From: a virus | Taxonomy: Duplodnaviria; Caudoviricetes | IMG/VR virus record: IMGVR_UViG_3300027785_000036 | Location: 1-50,000 of that record | Direction: 5' to 3' (one strand) | Length of the DNA stretch: 50,000 nucleotides | Shown: one piece after another, positions 38,320-47,101 of the stretch | How the letters are laid out: every line of letters starts with the position of its first letter | How positions within the stretch are numbered: the stretch's first letter is position 1 | Made by a program: the position numbers and the translations under genes | The notes under the pieces: generated by a model | Told to the model about the DNA's origin: nothing | The model's database searches: none | What the model saw: only the letters and a program-made list of their open reading frames with translations

Positions 38320-38577
38320 TTAGTTCTCAATTCCAAAATGTGTTTTGATGATTTTAATTTTACCATCCAACAGTTCCAATCCATCCACACCACCGAGATA
38401 ACTTGGTGCCCATGCCTCATGGTGTTGCGTAGGTTTTACAACCTCAATACATTCCTTGATAACCAACTCGGTGAATTTCTCCACATTAAATTTACCGTTA
38501 ATCATAAATTGTTTGTTGTCGTACACTTGGTGCCACGCACCACATTGTAGAGCCAATTCTTTAATTCGTTTGTTCAT
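38320..38577 (-). CDS. MNxRIxELA..KFAELIVxEC..KHFG family paralog 1
   Basis: Start reassigned to MNKRIKELA (ATGA coupling). Confidence 0.75.
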   Translation of the reverse strand: MNKRIKELALQCGAWHQVYDNKQFMINGKFNVEKFTELVIKECIEVVKPTQHHEAWAPSYLGGVDGLELLDGKIKIIKTHFGIEN

Positions 38578-38876
38578 ATCTTGGGTCCTGTAAATATGTA
38601 AGTGCTGAATCCACCAGTACCCAGCACACATGCTATTTTCTCATCAAACTGAATCAATGTCCATGTTTTGGTGTCATCATTCACAAACAGACTATACTTT
38701 GACATTGGGGCATCAGATTCTATACCCATCCATATGGGTTTTTCTTTGTAATCACTACCACTTAGTCCTTTTAGCATTATCTCTGTGCTAATACATCCTA
38801 TAGTTTTTTGCAGGTTAACAGTTTGTGCGGCCACAAATCCAAATATGAGTGCAAGTATGATTAATATGTATTTCAT
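38574..38876 (-). CDS. exported hypothetical protein
   Basis: Signal peptide; N..TKTWTLI..ACVLGTG. Confidence 0.75.
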   Translation of the reverse strand: MKYILIILALIFGFVAAQTVNLQKTIGCISTEIMLKGLSGSDYKEKPIWMGIESDAPMSKYSLFVNDDTKTWTLIQFDEKIACVLGTGGFSTYIFTGPKI

Positions 38877-39037
38877 TCCGCATAAACCAGACTTCTGGCT
38901 TCCAATTTAGTTACAGGACATATAAAGTACATAATATCACGACCTTGTATGTCCTCTTCGACATTACAAAATTCAATATCTTCCGTACTATGCTCTTCAG
39001 AACACTCAGTACAAATCACAATGAAACCTCTATTCAT
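38873..39037 (-). CDS. 54-aa putative zinc-ribbon protein
   Basis: Manual translation MNRGFIVICTECSEEH..FICPVTK. Confidence 0.6.
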   Translation of the reverse strand: MNRGFIVICTECSEEHSTEDIEFCNVEEDIQGRDIMYFICPVTKLEARSLVYAE

Positions 39038-39227
39038 ATCCGAAATGCTTTAATAACAATTGGTTAATATCAACAAAATCTCCACATCCATTATCTATTG
39101 CAACATCAACACATTCCCTCACAATCAACTCAGCGAACCGTTCCATAAACTTTGTCTGCTCTTCCCAAGAATCACTTTGAGTTGTTTTAGCAGCCTCTTC
39201 CCAAAGTTGTTTAATTTGTTCGTTCAT
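39030..39227 (-). CDS. KFAELIV family paralog 2
   Basis: MNEQIKQL..RFAELIVREC..KHFGYE. Confidence 0.75.
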   Translation of the reverse strand: MNEQIKQLWEEAAKTTQSDSWEEQTKFMERFAELIVRECVDVAIDNGCGDFVDINQLLLKHFGYE

Positions 39228-39544
39228 TTCTCTTTCTCATTGCGTATAATGCTGCCGTCTTTGTGCAACTTCAAGTTGAGATTGTATTGTTTATTAGCGT
39301 GGTTGATTTTATCCATACGACCTGCTTTGAAACCTTTATGAAAGTGTTTTTTATACATACCGCCGTGTTGGTCGTGCCAGTGGTTAATTGCTGTTGCTCG
39401 TTTCAGCGTGGCACCGTCAGCAAGGCTTACTCCCTTGACATGACCATCATCATGCGCCATCTTGGCAATTTCTGGATTGAATTCTTCATCTAATGAGGAC
39501 TCCTCCACACCTTCCGATTTGATATAGTTTATAAATGTTTTCAT
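39224..39544 (-). CDS. putative internal head protein
   Basis: MKTFINYIKSEGVEESSLDE resembles a T4 capsid-targeting leader; ATAAATA late motif upstream at 39584-39590. Confidence 0.55.
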   Translation of the reverse strand: MKTFINYIKSEGVEESSLDEEFNPEIAKMAHDDGHVKGVSLADGATLKRATAINHWHDQHGGMYKKHFHKGFKAGRMDKINHANKQYNLNLKLHKDGSIIRNEKEK

Positions 39545-39586
39545 AGCGTTCTCCTTTGTTTATATGTTGTGTTAACACTTCTATAT

Positions 39587-39817
39587 TTATTCCTCAACTC
39601 CAAAATGTTTTTTGATAATCTTACGATACTTGGTTTGAAATAACATTTCCTCTGGTGTATACTGATTACCTAATTGCATGCGCAGGCATTCATGCATACA
39701 CTCCAACACAATCAACTCGGCGAACTTTTCGTGGTCAAAATTCATATAAGCAGTATGATTACTGCCTCTATCATCGAAGCCAGCCTGTTCAGCAAGTTCT
39801 CGAATTTGCTCATTCAT
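39587..39817 (-). CDS. KFAELIV family paralog 3
   Basis: MNEQIRELAEQAG..KFAELIVLEC..KHFGVEE. Confidence 0.75.
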   Translation of the reverse strand: MNEQIRELAEQAGFDDRGSNHTAYMNFDHEKFAELIVLECMHECLRMQLGNQYTPEEMLFQTKYRKIIKKHFGVEE

Positions 39818-40386
39818 TTTTTAACTCCATACATCATCATCATTGCATCCAATACACAATCGTCAATTGGATTGTGTTTAGTGATATGATTTCTTGAATC
39901 GAAACCTGGATAATCTACATCAACATAACCATTGGTTGTATTGTATAGAAAATCCACAGCAGTTCTTACATCACGCCATCTGGCATATGGCCAAATTGGT
40001 TCTAATTCTAATTGTTCTTCAATGTCATCCATTACCAATTGGTCAAGATTACCTCGAGCCCATACCCAACACTTGGTATCATTTTTTGATGCAGCCCACT
40101 TACGCATAGATTCGTAACCATCAACAAAGGAACAATCTACCTTACTTGGTAAGAATGATGCAACTCGAACATTGCGGCATTGTTTATTCCACCAATCCAT
40201 AGTTGATTGGTTCATCTCACGACCATATTCTTTTACCTGTTCAATCACACTAAACTTGGCAAAGAAAACATCTTCACGCAGTTCTTGTGGTGATGGTTTG
40301 GTATCAGGATCAAAATGAATAGCAGCCATCGATAGAATCACCGAATTGGATCTCTTACCTAGTGTTTCAACATCAAATATAAACAT
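39814..40386 (-). CDS. DEDDh 3'-5' exonuclease (DexA-like)
   Basis: FDVETLG, STMDWW, VWARG..D, RDVRT, HNPIDDC. Confidence 0.85.
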   Translation of the reverse strand: MFIFDVETLGKRSNSVILSMAAIHFDPDTKPSPQELREDVFFAKFSVIEQVKEYGREMNQSTMDWWNKQCRNVRVASFLPSKVDCSFVDGYESMRKWAASKNDTKCWVWARGNLDQLVMDDIEEQLELEPIWPYARWRDVRTAVDFLYNTTNGYVDVDYPGFDSRNHITKHNPIDDCVLDAMMMMYGVKK

Positions 40387-40679
40387 TATACAACCACATC
40401 TATATGTTTACCCAAATGTTTGGAGTATTGATACAATCCATATTCCACATTTCTTTTAACATTTAGGTATCTGTTTACCTCATCAATATCTTTTTTATAA
40501 TCAAAATCATTTAGATGAGCACGATTGGTTTCAAAGTCTTGCTTCTTAACCTTGTAGAATTCATTTAACTTTTCTTGATGTAATCTGTGCAAATGTTCAG
40601 CCTTAACTTTTCTAAGGTTATTCATAGCCGATGTATCAATCGGTGGTATCTGATTGGTGTTTGGTATTTTTATGTTCAT
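40386..40679 (-). CDS. hypothetical protein
   Basis: C-terminal LGKHIDVVV; translational coupling. Confidence 0.65.
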   Translation of the reverse strand: MNIKIPNTNQIPPIDTSAMNNLRKVKAEHLHRLHQEKLNEFYKVKKQDFETNRAHLNDFDYKKDIDEVNRYLNVKRNVEYGLYQYSKHLGKHIDVVV

Positions 40680-40897
40680 AAACCAAATCTATTTTTAATT
40701 GCTTTAGATATCGCCATTGCATCACGGCTTGTACCGTCAGGCTCGGCATATAGTTCGGCAATAGTAACACACATACTTGCCACCTCATTGGTATAAACTT
40801 CCAATGATTCTTTGGTGAATGTATAATTTACCTTACCTTGGCCACCATCAACATACAATGCCAATGCGGATGCCAACCGTTTTAAATTACTATTCAT
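40676..40897 (-). CDS. divergent KFAELIV family paralog 4
   Basis: MNSNLKRLA..EVYTNEVASMCVTIA..IKNRFGL. Confidence 0.65.
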   Translation of the reverse strand: MNSNLKRLASALALYVDGGQGKVNYTFTKESLEVYTNEVASMCVTIAELYAEPDGTSRDAMAISKAIKNRFGL

Positions 40898-40997
40898 ATA
40901 TCAAATGATTCAATAACAACAATAACAATACCACACATACAATCCAGTGTATGATGGTTTTTCTTTTTTCTTCTTTGGCAAATATTTTACTCAACAT
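40890..40997 (-). CDS. 35-aa membrane peptide
   Basis: Manual translation MLSKIFAKEEKRKTIIHWIVCVVLLLLLLNHLIYE; GGAG SD. Confidence 0.5.
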   Translation of the reverse strand: MLSKIFAKEEKRKTIIHWIVCVVLLLLLLNHLIYE

Positions 40998-41050
40998 AAT
41001 TATCTAACTCCGGATAATATAAGATAATTCATCATTGGAGCTACACCGAT

Positions 41051-41079
41051 ATTATAAATGAATACCACAATATTGGCAA
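41051..41079 (-). promoter_or_regulatory. sigma70 early promoter
   Basis: TTGCCA-N17-TATAAT. Confidence 0.8.
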
Positions 41080-41087
41080 GCACTTTT

Positions 41088-41336
41088 TTAGGTATAAAAG
41101 AACTTTACCACATGAGGTGTGCAGTAATCAGGTCCTGTACCTGAATCTAACCTGTAGGACTTGGCATTTTTAATTGCCTGCCAAATATCATCATCTAATT
41201 CATCACCAAAGAAATCAGATTGTGATTCTTTTAGAACCTTAAACAAATCTTCTTCATCTTTGGCAACAACAGCCCACATACCACCATATTCGGACATTGG
41301 GAAATCTACCCAATACGAACCAATGTAAATCTTCAT
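41088..41336 (-). CDS. hypothetical protein
   Basis: YWVDFPMSEYGGMWAVVA. Confidence 0.7.
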   Translation of the reverse strand: MKIYIGSYWVDFPMSEYGGMWAVVAKDEEDLFKVLKESQSDFFGDELDDDIWQAIKNAKSYRLDSGTGPDYCTPHVVKFFYT

Positions 41337-41449
41337 ATCATTCCAATTAAAAATGCTACACCAAAACCAATCACACCTGCCAACAATACAATTCCAATAT
41401 ATGTAAATGGGTCATCAATCAATTTTTCAAATTTTTCAAAATCTATCAT
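41333..41449 (-). CDS. 38-aa membrane peptide
   Basis: Manual translation MIDFEKFEKLIDDPFTYIGIVLLAGVIGFGVAFLIGMI; ATGA coupling at both ends. Confidence 0.6.
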   Translation of the reverse strand: MIDFEKFEKLIDDPFTYIGIVLLAGVIGFGVAFLIGMI

Positions 41450-41637
41450 AACTTCCTACATTCAAAAACACCAGGAAATGCCTTGCCTTGTGTAGACAGT
41501 TTATCCATATATTCTTGCAACACCACTTTGGATTTCATACAATCTTCTAATGCTTGAAACCTTGCAATGTGTTCAACATTAAAACCAGGAATTCCTGTTT
41601 TGTTTATAACCATCATTGTAAATATTAACTCAAACAT
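41446..41637 (-). CDS. small exported/hypothetical protein
   Basis: F..LEDC..C pattern; GAGG SD. Confidence 0.65.
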   Translation of the reverse strand: MFELIFTMMVINKTGIPGFNVEHIARFQALEDCMKSKVVLQEYMDKLSTQGKAFPGVFECRKL

Positions 41638-41649
41638 ATTTTACCTCAA

Positions 41650-42531
41650 TCAACCACAAATTGTATACTCAGCAAGATTAGACCAATTGCTACCTGCGCT
41701 CTTACGGATTTTAGTTACCTGAATCAAGGTACGGAGTGATAACTCTTTAACCTTGTCTTGTAACTTGTCAATCAATGACATAGCATCATTCTTTGTTACC
41801 TTGTCAAACTCTGGCATAAACTCACCTGAATTTAACAGGTGATGCATACGTTCAATCTTTTGTTTACGAGTCATGGACAAATCAACTGCCATTGACCGTG
41901 TGATAATCGCTTGGTCAATTTGTGTAGATGCCAGATTGGAGATAAACACAATACGACCTTTGAATTCAAAGGTTGTTGGCAAATCTTCATCTTTGATATC
42001 TGCTCTCCATGATATGATACGGCGTGAATATGAATCAAGCGCACCTTTGAGTAGGTTCAACGATACAGGATCTTTCAATACGGAATCGCAGTCATCAAAT
42101 ACAATCACACCATCACGGTTTTCATACAAGGTACGATACAAACCTTTTGGTGTAGAGTAACCTTTGATAACACGGAATGCTTTATTGGTTTTGATAACTG
42201 CACCAACTGCAAAATCTTCCAATGTGGAAACATCTTTGAAACCATTTGCTGTGAGTGTTTGGTTAACAGTAAAGGACTTGCCGAGACCGCCAGGTCCCGT
42301 GACAACCACGGATGCTTGTGCACCGTTTGCCAACATTGTCACCATATCAGATACGAAACCGAATCGTTCATTGATACTGAACCGTGATTCCTGAGCGACC
42401 ACCGCATCGGAGGTCGATCCTTCTGCCTTACGAACCACATAGTCCATATGCTCTTTTTTAGAGCGTTTAACAGTCTTTCCGTTGATAACGGCAACATATT
42501 TACCACCAACAAATTTCACTTCAATCATCAA
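41650..42531 (-). CDS. P-loop (AAA-like) ATPase
   Basis: Walker A GPGGLGKS, Walker B VIVFDDCD, NLLKGALDS, IVFISN. Confidence 0.85.
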   Translation of the reverse strand: MMIEVKFVGGKYVAVINGKTVKRSKKEHMDYVVRKAEGSTSDAVVAQESRFSINERFGFVSDMVTMLANGAQASVVVTGPGGLGKSFTVNQTLTANGFKDVSTLEDFAVGAVIKTNKAFRVIKGYSTPKGLYRTLYENRDGVIVFDDCDSVLKDPVSLNLLKGALDSYSRRIISWRADIKDEDLPTTFEFKGRIVFISNLASTQIDQAIITRSMAVDLSMTRKQKIERMHHLLNSGEFMPEFDKVTKNDAMSLIDKLQDKVKELSLRTLIQVTKIRKSAGSNWSNLAEYTICG

Positions 42532-42557
42532 TCACTCCTTATCAATCAATAGAGGCA

Positions 42558-42604
42558 ATTATACAAGGTTTTGGCACAAATGGCAACCTAATACTATAGT
42601 TCTC
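42558..42604 (-). promoter_or_regulatory. sigma70 early promoter with upstream GAGAACT box
   Basis: TTGCCA-N17-TATAAT; box 11 bp upstream of -35. Confidence 0.8.
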
Positions 42605-42680
42605 AGTTTCTCCGGTCAAGTATTATTGTCATCCGTATCCACGGGTTTTGGTTTTTGTCTCTTACGCCATAAACTCATAA

Positions 42681-42875
42681 TCAATCCTTATCAACAGGCA
42701 AACAAACATAACGAACACCTTTTCCATTCTTTTTGGTCAATCGTGCTTGTTCTTTATTACATTCAGAGATAGATTTGTAATAATCTAATGGTTCATAGAA
42801 TATTTCATATACACCATTAAATGGGTTCTTTGCTGCCATTACAGCAACCAATACAATTTCAATCGGTGATACCAT
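42681..42875 (-). CDS. small hypothetical protein
   Basis: Y.SISEC..VCLP, similar in pattern to 41446-41637. Confidence 0.6.
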   Translation of the reverse strand: MVSPIEIVLVAVMAAKNPFNGVYEIFYEPLDYYKSISECNKEQARLTKKNGKGVRYVCLPVDKD

Positions 42876-43020
42876 TCTTTTCCCTTATTTTCTCAAGAAC
42901 CATTTCTATCAAGGTCAACTGAAAACATTCTCCCATAGTTTTGCCAGCAATTGGTTTTGTATTCATTGCTGCCGCCATACGGATTTCTTTGCTTTCATCT
43001 TCAGTTAGTGTGGTAATCAT
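42859..43020 (-). CDS. 53-aa hypothetical protein
   Basis: Manual translation MITTLTEDESKEIRMAAAMNTK...; ATGA coupling. Confidence 0.5.
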   Translation of the reverse strand: MITTLTEDESKEIRMAAAMNTKPIAGKTMGECFQLTLIEMVLEKIREKNGITD

Positions 43021-43193
43021 TGGTCGTTTTTATCGTTGTGATATTCAGTATAAGAATCTTCAATCATATGATATGCTGACCGTGCTTGTTCAATGGCATC
43101 GGTAATATCATTTTGTGATTCAAGTAGATAATTGGCATTTGCATTTGCTCTCAATGCCAACACCCAGCCGGTCACAAAGTCTTTTTCACCCAT
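43017..43193 (-). CDS. hypothetical protein
   Basis: Start reassigned to MGEKDF. Confidence 0.6.
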   Translation of the reverse strand: MGEKDFVTGWVLALRANANANYLLESQNDITDAIEQARSAYHMIEDSYTEYHNDKNDQ

Positions 43194-43194
43194 A

Positions 43195-43587
43195 TTACCA
43201 CCACGAATCGTAGTATATAGCGGCACCGTCAGCAATAGAAATCTTTGCTTTCATAATGAATGCCATATCCTGTTCCCGTGAATATTCATCAGGTGGATTA
43301 TTACCAAAGAAAGAACCAGTTGTTTCCGGTAATCGATTAGTCAAAACATCATGTTCTAAACAAACCAAATCAGCCATTGATAATCGTAATGGTATACAAT
43401 TAAATGATTCTTTGGTGCCGCCTTTTGAACGATACAGGCGTTCCATCCATCCGTGTAGGTCGTGGTGCTTACGCCAATATGCCAATTCTTCCAACTTTTC
43501 TTTACGACCATCAGTTTCTTCACGCACAGTAAAGTCATCAATCACATCTTCCGCTTTGACACGGTATGCATACATATCTAAACCCAT
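43195..43587 (-). CDS. conserved hypothetical protein
   Basis: MGLDMYAY..YWRKHHDLHGWM..FNC..LP.T.G.FFG..YDSWW. Confidence 0.85.
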   Translation of the reverse strand: MGLDMYAYRVKAEDVIDDFTVREETDGRKEKLEELAYWRKHHDLHGWMERLYRSKGGTKESFNCIPLRLSMADLVCLEHDVLTNRLPETTGSFFGNNPPDEYSREQDMAFIMKAKISIADGAAIYYDSWW

Positions 43588-43596
43588 ATTTTACTC

Positions 43597-43740
43597 CTAA
43601 AATAGTTTTAAAAAAATCAATGATGTTTCAAAAGCAGAACAGAACAAAGCAATCCATCCTGAAATGTTCCAATCTCTCTCAAAGAAATCACGGGACGCTG
43701 CCAACAATATGCCAGCAAATATAACATCAAATACAATCAT
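43597..43740 (-). CDS. 47-aa membrane peptide
   Basis: Manual translation MIVFDVIFAGILLAASRDFF...; ATGA coupling. Confidence 0.5.
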   Translation of the reverse strand: MIVFDVIFAGILLAASRDFFERDWNISGWIALFCSAFETSLIFLKLF

Positions 43741-44288
43741 TTCAATACAACGCCAACGACATTATATTTTTTCTTCAAGAATACTAAACACGCATCGGAT
43801 GTTGGTCGTGCCGCTTCTTGCTTGCCATTCATAACAGCAACCCATTTCTGACGGTCAGCACGGTAGAACACGGTGCCATCTGTATGTACAACTTTGGTAC
43901 TACTAGACTTGGCAGATTTGAGAACTTTAGTATTACTTTTTGTTACTACTTTAGTATTACTAACGACCAATTTCGATCCTGTCTGTTTAGCAAGGCGTTT
44001 GCTCTGCTTCTTTGGTTTGGTAGATTCTGGTTCTTCAATTTGAACCATATGCACAGGTCGATCCAGTTTGAGATTGGGTCCTGTAAGGGGACCCACCCAA
44101 GGAAATACACCAACAGTTTCAAATGTGTTGTGATTATCTTTGCCTTCTAGTGCTTCATTAAAATCATAACCACACATACCCCATTTATCAATGTCGGCAT
44201 TATAGTAACGATATGCTTTTCCTTGCATACCACGGTCGACTAAGTATAACGCAGACTTGGTGGGCGTATCAGTTTTAAATTCTATCAT
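43737..44288 (-). CDS. hypothetical protein with basic linker and AP2-like C-terminal motif
   Basis: C-terminal VFYRADRQKWVAVMNGKQ; has its own promoter. Confidence 0.65.
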   Translation of the reverse strand: MIEFKTDTPTKSALYLVDRGMQGKAYRYYNADIDKWGMCGYDFNEALEGKDNHNTFETVGVFPWVGPLTGPNLKLDRPVHMVQIEEPESTKPKKQSKRLAKQTGSKLVVSNTKVVTKSNTKVLKSAKSSSTKVVHTDGTVFYRADRQKWVAVMNGKQEAARPTSDACLVFLKKKYNVVGVVLK

Positions 44289-44325
44289 ATAGTTTCCAGT
44301 TGCAAAATGTTTCTCAATATAGACA

Positions 44326-44354
44326 ATTATACACTATTTTGTCTATAATGGCAA
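44326..44354 (-). promoter_or_regulatory. sigma70 early promoter
   Basis: TTGCCA-N17-TATAAT. Confidence 0.8.
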
Positions 44355-44369
44355 TATACATCAAAAGTA

Positions 44370-44549
44370 TTACTTTGCCGCAAAGCGTTCCATAACAGTT
44401 GGCGTATACAAACGATTGGTCAATAATGTATATTGGCGTGATTGTGTCACTTTGCCAATATTGATTTCTGCCATTTTCTGTAAACCAAAATTACTGAACT
44501 TTTCGCCTGACAATATATCAAGCATATACATCCAATTCAAATCTTTCAT
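44370..44549 (-). CDS. 59-aa hypothetical protein
   Basis: Manual translation MKDLNWMYMLDILSGEKF...; AAGGA SD. Confidence 0.55.
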   Translation of the reverse strand: MKDLNWMYMLDILSGEKFSNFGLQKMAEINIGKVTQSRQYTLLTNRLYTPTVMERFAAK

Positions 44550-44636
44550 ACATTTCCTTTAAGTTTTTGTAATGCCTGTGCTGCCAAATATTCACTAATC
44601 TTTGCTTCCCAAAGAGTTTTCATATAATCTCCAAAA

Positions 44637-44849
44637 TTAAACAATACTCAGTTGAATATTGTATGTGTGTTGAACCATTTTATGGTCATAATATTTTACA
44701 GTTGTGCTAATACCATCCGATTTTCCCATTAAATAATGAGCATAGAATAAGGCATCATTCTGTAACATAAAATCACCAACTCTTTTCTTTTTAATGTCCG
44801 CTCTAGTTGTATAGAAACTGACACGATTTACAATCGCACGAATCTTCAT
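44637..44849 (-). CDS. hypothetical protein
   Basis: ATGA coupling. Confidence 0.65.
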   Translation of the reverse strand: MKIRAIVNRVSFYTTRADIKKKRVGDFMLQNDALFYAHYLMGKSDGISTTVKYYDHKMVQHTYNIQLSIV

Positions 44850-45064
44850 TCTTCAACTCCAAAATGTTTTAAAATATAACTACCAGAATCATTGAATTGA
44901 TGTTGGTTGATTGTTGCAATAATAGCACATTCTTGAATAATCAACTTAGCGAATTTCTCAGGATCCAAGTGCTCGTTATAGGTTAGAATTTCTTCGCCTG
45001 ATACATCACACACTTCCGTCCAACCACCTGCACGGTTGAATAATTCATTTACAATTTTATTCAT
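44846..45064 (-). CDS. KFAELIV family paralog 5
   Basis: MNKIVNELFNRAGG..EKFAKLIIQEC..KHFGVEE. Confidence 0.75.
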   Translation of the reverse strand: MNKIVNELFNRAGGWTEVCDVSGEEILTYNEHLDPEKFAKLIIQECAIIATINQHQFNDSGSYILKHFGVEE

Positions 45065-45258
45065 GAATAATAATCCAATTCATCCAATGCTGCATCAATA
45101 GCAGAATCAGCCGTGCTCAAGAGCGAGGCAATTTCCGCATTAGTCTTTAATGGCGAAACCTGTAAACCATTTGTCATAGGCGTATTCGCCCAATGATATA
45201 CATCAGCAAGCAACGCCTGTGCTTGTTGTAATCTATCAACCAACTCCGAATTTGTCAT
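45061..45258 (-). CDS. hypothetical protein
   Basis: Operon packing. Confidence 0.65.
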   Translation of the reverse strand: MTNSELVDRLQQAQALLADVYHWANTPMTNGLQVSPLKTNAEIASLLSTADSAIDAALDELDYYS

Positions 45259-45259
45259 A

Positions 45260-45490
45260 TTAATCCAATAAAGTCATATATTCAGCAGGGAAATACCTAC
45301 GAAACCAATCTAAACCTTTTTGCATACGCTTATAATCACCAACTATTTGGCAACCCATAATTGAATCGTATACAGCAACCGCTTCAGGCGTCAAGGTACA
45401 AGATTCACCAGAAAATGGATTACTTACCTTGACAGGTTCAGAATCCAGAATCATACAATCAAACGGCAACTTAATTTTCTTCATAATCAA
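45260..45490 (-). CDS. conserved hypothetical protein
   Basis: NPFSGESCTLTPEAVAVYD..GLDWFRRYFPAEYMTLLD. Confidence 0.75.
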   Translation of the reverse strand: MIMKKIKLPFDCMILDSEPVKVSNPFSGESCTLTPEAVAVYDSIMGCQIVGDYKRMQKGLDWFRRYFPAEYMTLLD

Positions 45491-45783
45491 TCCTTGTAAA
45501 TAGCAAAACTTGTAGCATCTTCACGCAGGCAGGTTGTTTGCCTACTATTTGATGAGCGATAATTGCGGTGCGCACGAGGACCACGATACCTCAACTTTAC
45601 CTTAACATCAATGCTTTTGAAATAACTCAATACTTCATCACGCAACGAAGCAGGCACACCATGAAACCATGAGTGTCTACCATATGATTGATACTTATAG
45701 ATTTTCAACCATGTCAACAATTCTAAATTAACAGTCTGGGTCATAATCCATCCATTCTGTATATTCATCAGGTTGACCGTCAT
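45487..45783 (-). CDS. hypothetical basic protein (true start probably ~45720)
   Basis: RYRGPR motif; start uncertain. Confidence 0.55.
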   Translation of the reverse strand: MTVNLMNIQNGWIMTQTVNLELLTWLKIYKYQSYGRHSWFHGVPASLRDEVLSYFKSIDVKVKLRYRGPRAHRNYRSSNSRQTTCLREDATSFAIYKD

Positions 45784-45976
45784 AGTCTATCTCAGAATTC
45801 CATGAACCATTGATTTTCATAAAAACATCAATAATCGTCAATTTAGCGGACGGGAGCCAACCACGCTCGAGCATTGAAATTGCTTCTTCAGCATCTTCAG
45901 CCAGATATTCTTCTGTATGCTGTTCACCGTGTGGGTCAAGATATTGAATCAAATACAGGCGGTCATCATTATACAT
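45728..45976 (-). CDS. hypothetical acidic protein
   Basis: C-terminal DGQPDEYTEWMDYDPDC; start reassigned. Confidence 0.65.
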   Translation of the reverse strand: MYNDDRLYLIQYLDPHGEQHTEEYLAEDAEEAISMLERGWLPSAKLTIIDVFMKINGSWNSEIDYDGQPDEYTEWMDYDPDC

Positions 45977-46181
45977 TGTAAAATTCATCCTTGTAACATA
46001 ATGCATCATACACTACCTCACGCACGGCAGTATCCATTGCTTCCTCGTAACCTTCACGATTACTCAATTCTTGCAACTCACGATACACATCTAACCAAGT
46101 CAAATTGTGTACCTGAGCATTTTGTATCAACAAGCGAATGGCATTATTGCCATGCTCTGTAAACATACCATAATCAAGCAT
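45969..46181 (-). CDS. hypothetical protein
   Basis: YGMFTEHGN..EAMDTAVREVVY; start reassigned to MLDYG. Confidence 0.7.
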   Translation of the reverse strand: MLDYGMFTEHGNNAIRLLIQNAQVHNLTWLDVYRELQELSNREGYEEAMDTAVREVVYDALCYKDEFYNV

Positions 46182-46380
46182 TTGCTTTACTTTCAAAATC
46201 AATTTCCATCTGAATTTCTTCAGCGTCCCATTGGTCAATGACCGTTTTAATCAATTCCATTGCGTAGTCATGGTCAATACGATATTGAGCAAACAAATGC
46301 ACAGCAATCGCTTCGTAGGTGTAGAAACCATTGCTCAACATATCTTCAATAACCGATCGAACTTCTTTCATCTTTCCCAT
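46174..46380 (-). CDS. hypothetical acidic protein
   Basis: MGKMKE; AAGGA SD; first gene after its promoter. Confidence 0.75.
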   Translation of the reverse strand: MGKMKEVRSVIEDMLSNGFYTYEAIAVHLFAQYRIDHDYAMELIKTVIDQWDAEEIQMEIDFESKANA

Positions 46381-46411
46381 ATCTTTTCCTTTTGTTTGTT
46401 TGTAAGACTCA

Positions 46412-46481
46412 ATTATACCAGATTTTACTCAAAGTGGCAACCTAACACGATAGTATTCACATTTTTAACTGGAATACTATC
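46412..46481 (-). promoter_or_regulatory. sigma70 early promoter plus palindromic element
   Basis: TTGCCA-N17-TATAAT; GATAGTATTC-N13-GAATACTATC at 46449-46481. Confidence 0.8.
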
Positions 46482-46489
46482 TAATTACA

Positions 46490-47101
46490 TTACTCGTTTG
46501 TAGCACTCAGACCGCCGTCCAAGTCGATTTCTTCGTTTTCCTCTTCCCATTCTGCTATATTAGCAGAGATATTGAACATTTCATCCAAATCACCAGGAAT
46601 CGTATCTGCAACTTCCTCAGAGGTCATATCTGAGAAATTATACTCATTATCAAAACCATCAGAATATGTACCAGCATAACCCATGCCAGGTTCGTAATAA
46701 TACGCATTAACTGTAAAACCTAATTCTTCCAGTTTTTGATAGGCACCAATAGGCGGCGACCAAGCAGAATCAACAGAAAATGTCATTTTCTTACCTGATT
46801 CGTCAACCGATGCTTCTGTACCATCACCACCTAAGTCCCATTTTGTGCCCCACTCACTTGTGCAAAACGAGTACCAATCAGCATAACCGTGTTTGGCGAT
46901 ATTTTGCTCAACTTGCAACTCATGTGCTACCTGCTCAGGCGAACCTTTTTCACCTACATTACCTGCATCAATTTGCAAGTCAGCAGGCACGGGAATGAAT
47001 TCCTTCAATAACTCACCTTTACCTAATGCTTCTGCAGCACGGGAAATCATTACTGGGTCGTTGTGTTCCAGCTCCACATAGTTATTGCACCAATTTGGCA
47101 T
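46490..47101 (-). CDS. DUF1281/YubB ferredoxin-like domain protein
   Basis: MPNWCNN, WY.FC..EWGTKWD, SAWSPP, YYEPGMGYAG. Confidence 0.85.
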   Translation of the reverse strand: MPNWCNNYVELEHNDPVMISRAAEALGKGELLKEFIPVPADLQIDAGNVGEKGSPEQVAHELQVEQNIAKHGYADWYSFCTSEWGTKWDLGGDGTEASVDESGKKMTFSVDSAWSPPIGAYQKLEELGFTVNAYYYEPGMGYAGTYSDGFDNEYNFSDMTSEEVADTIPGDLDEMFNISANIAEWEEENEEIDLDGGLSATNE

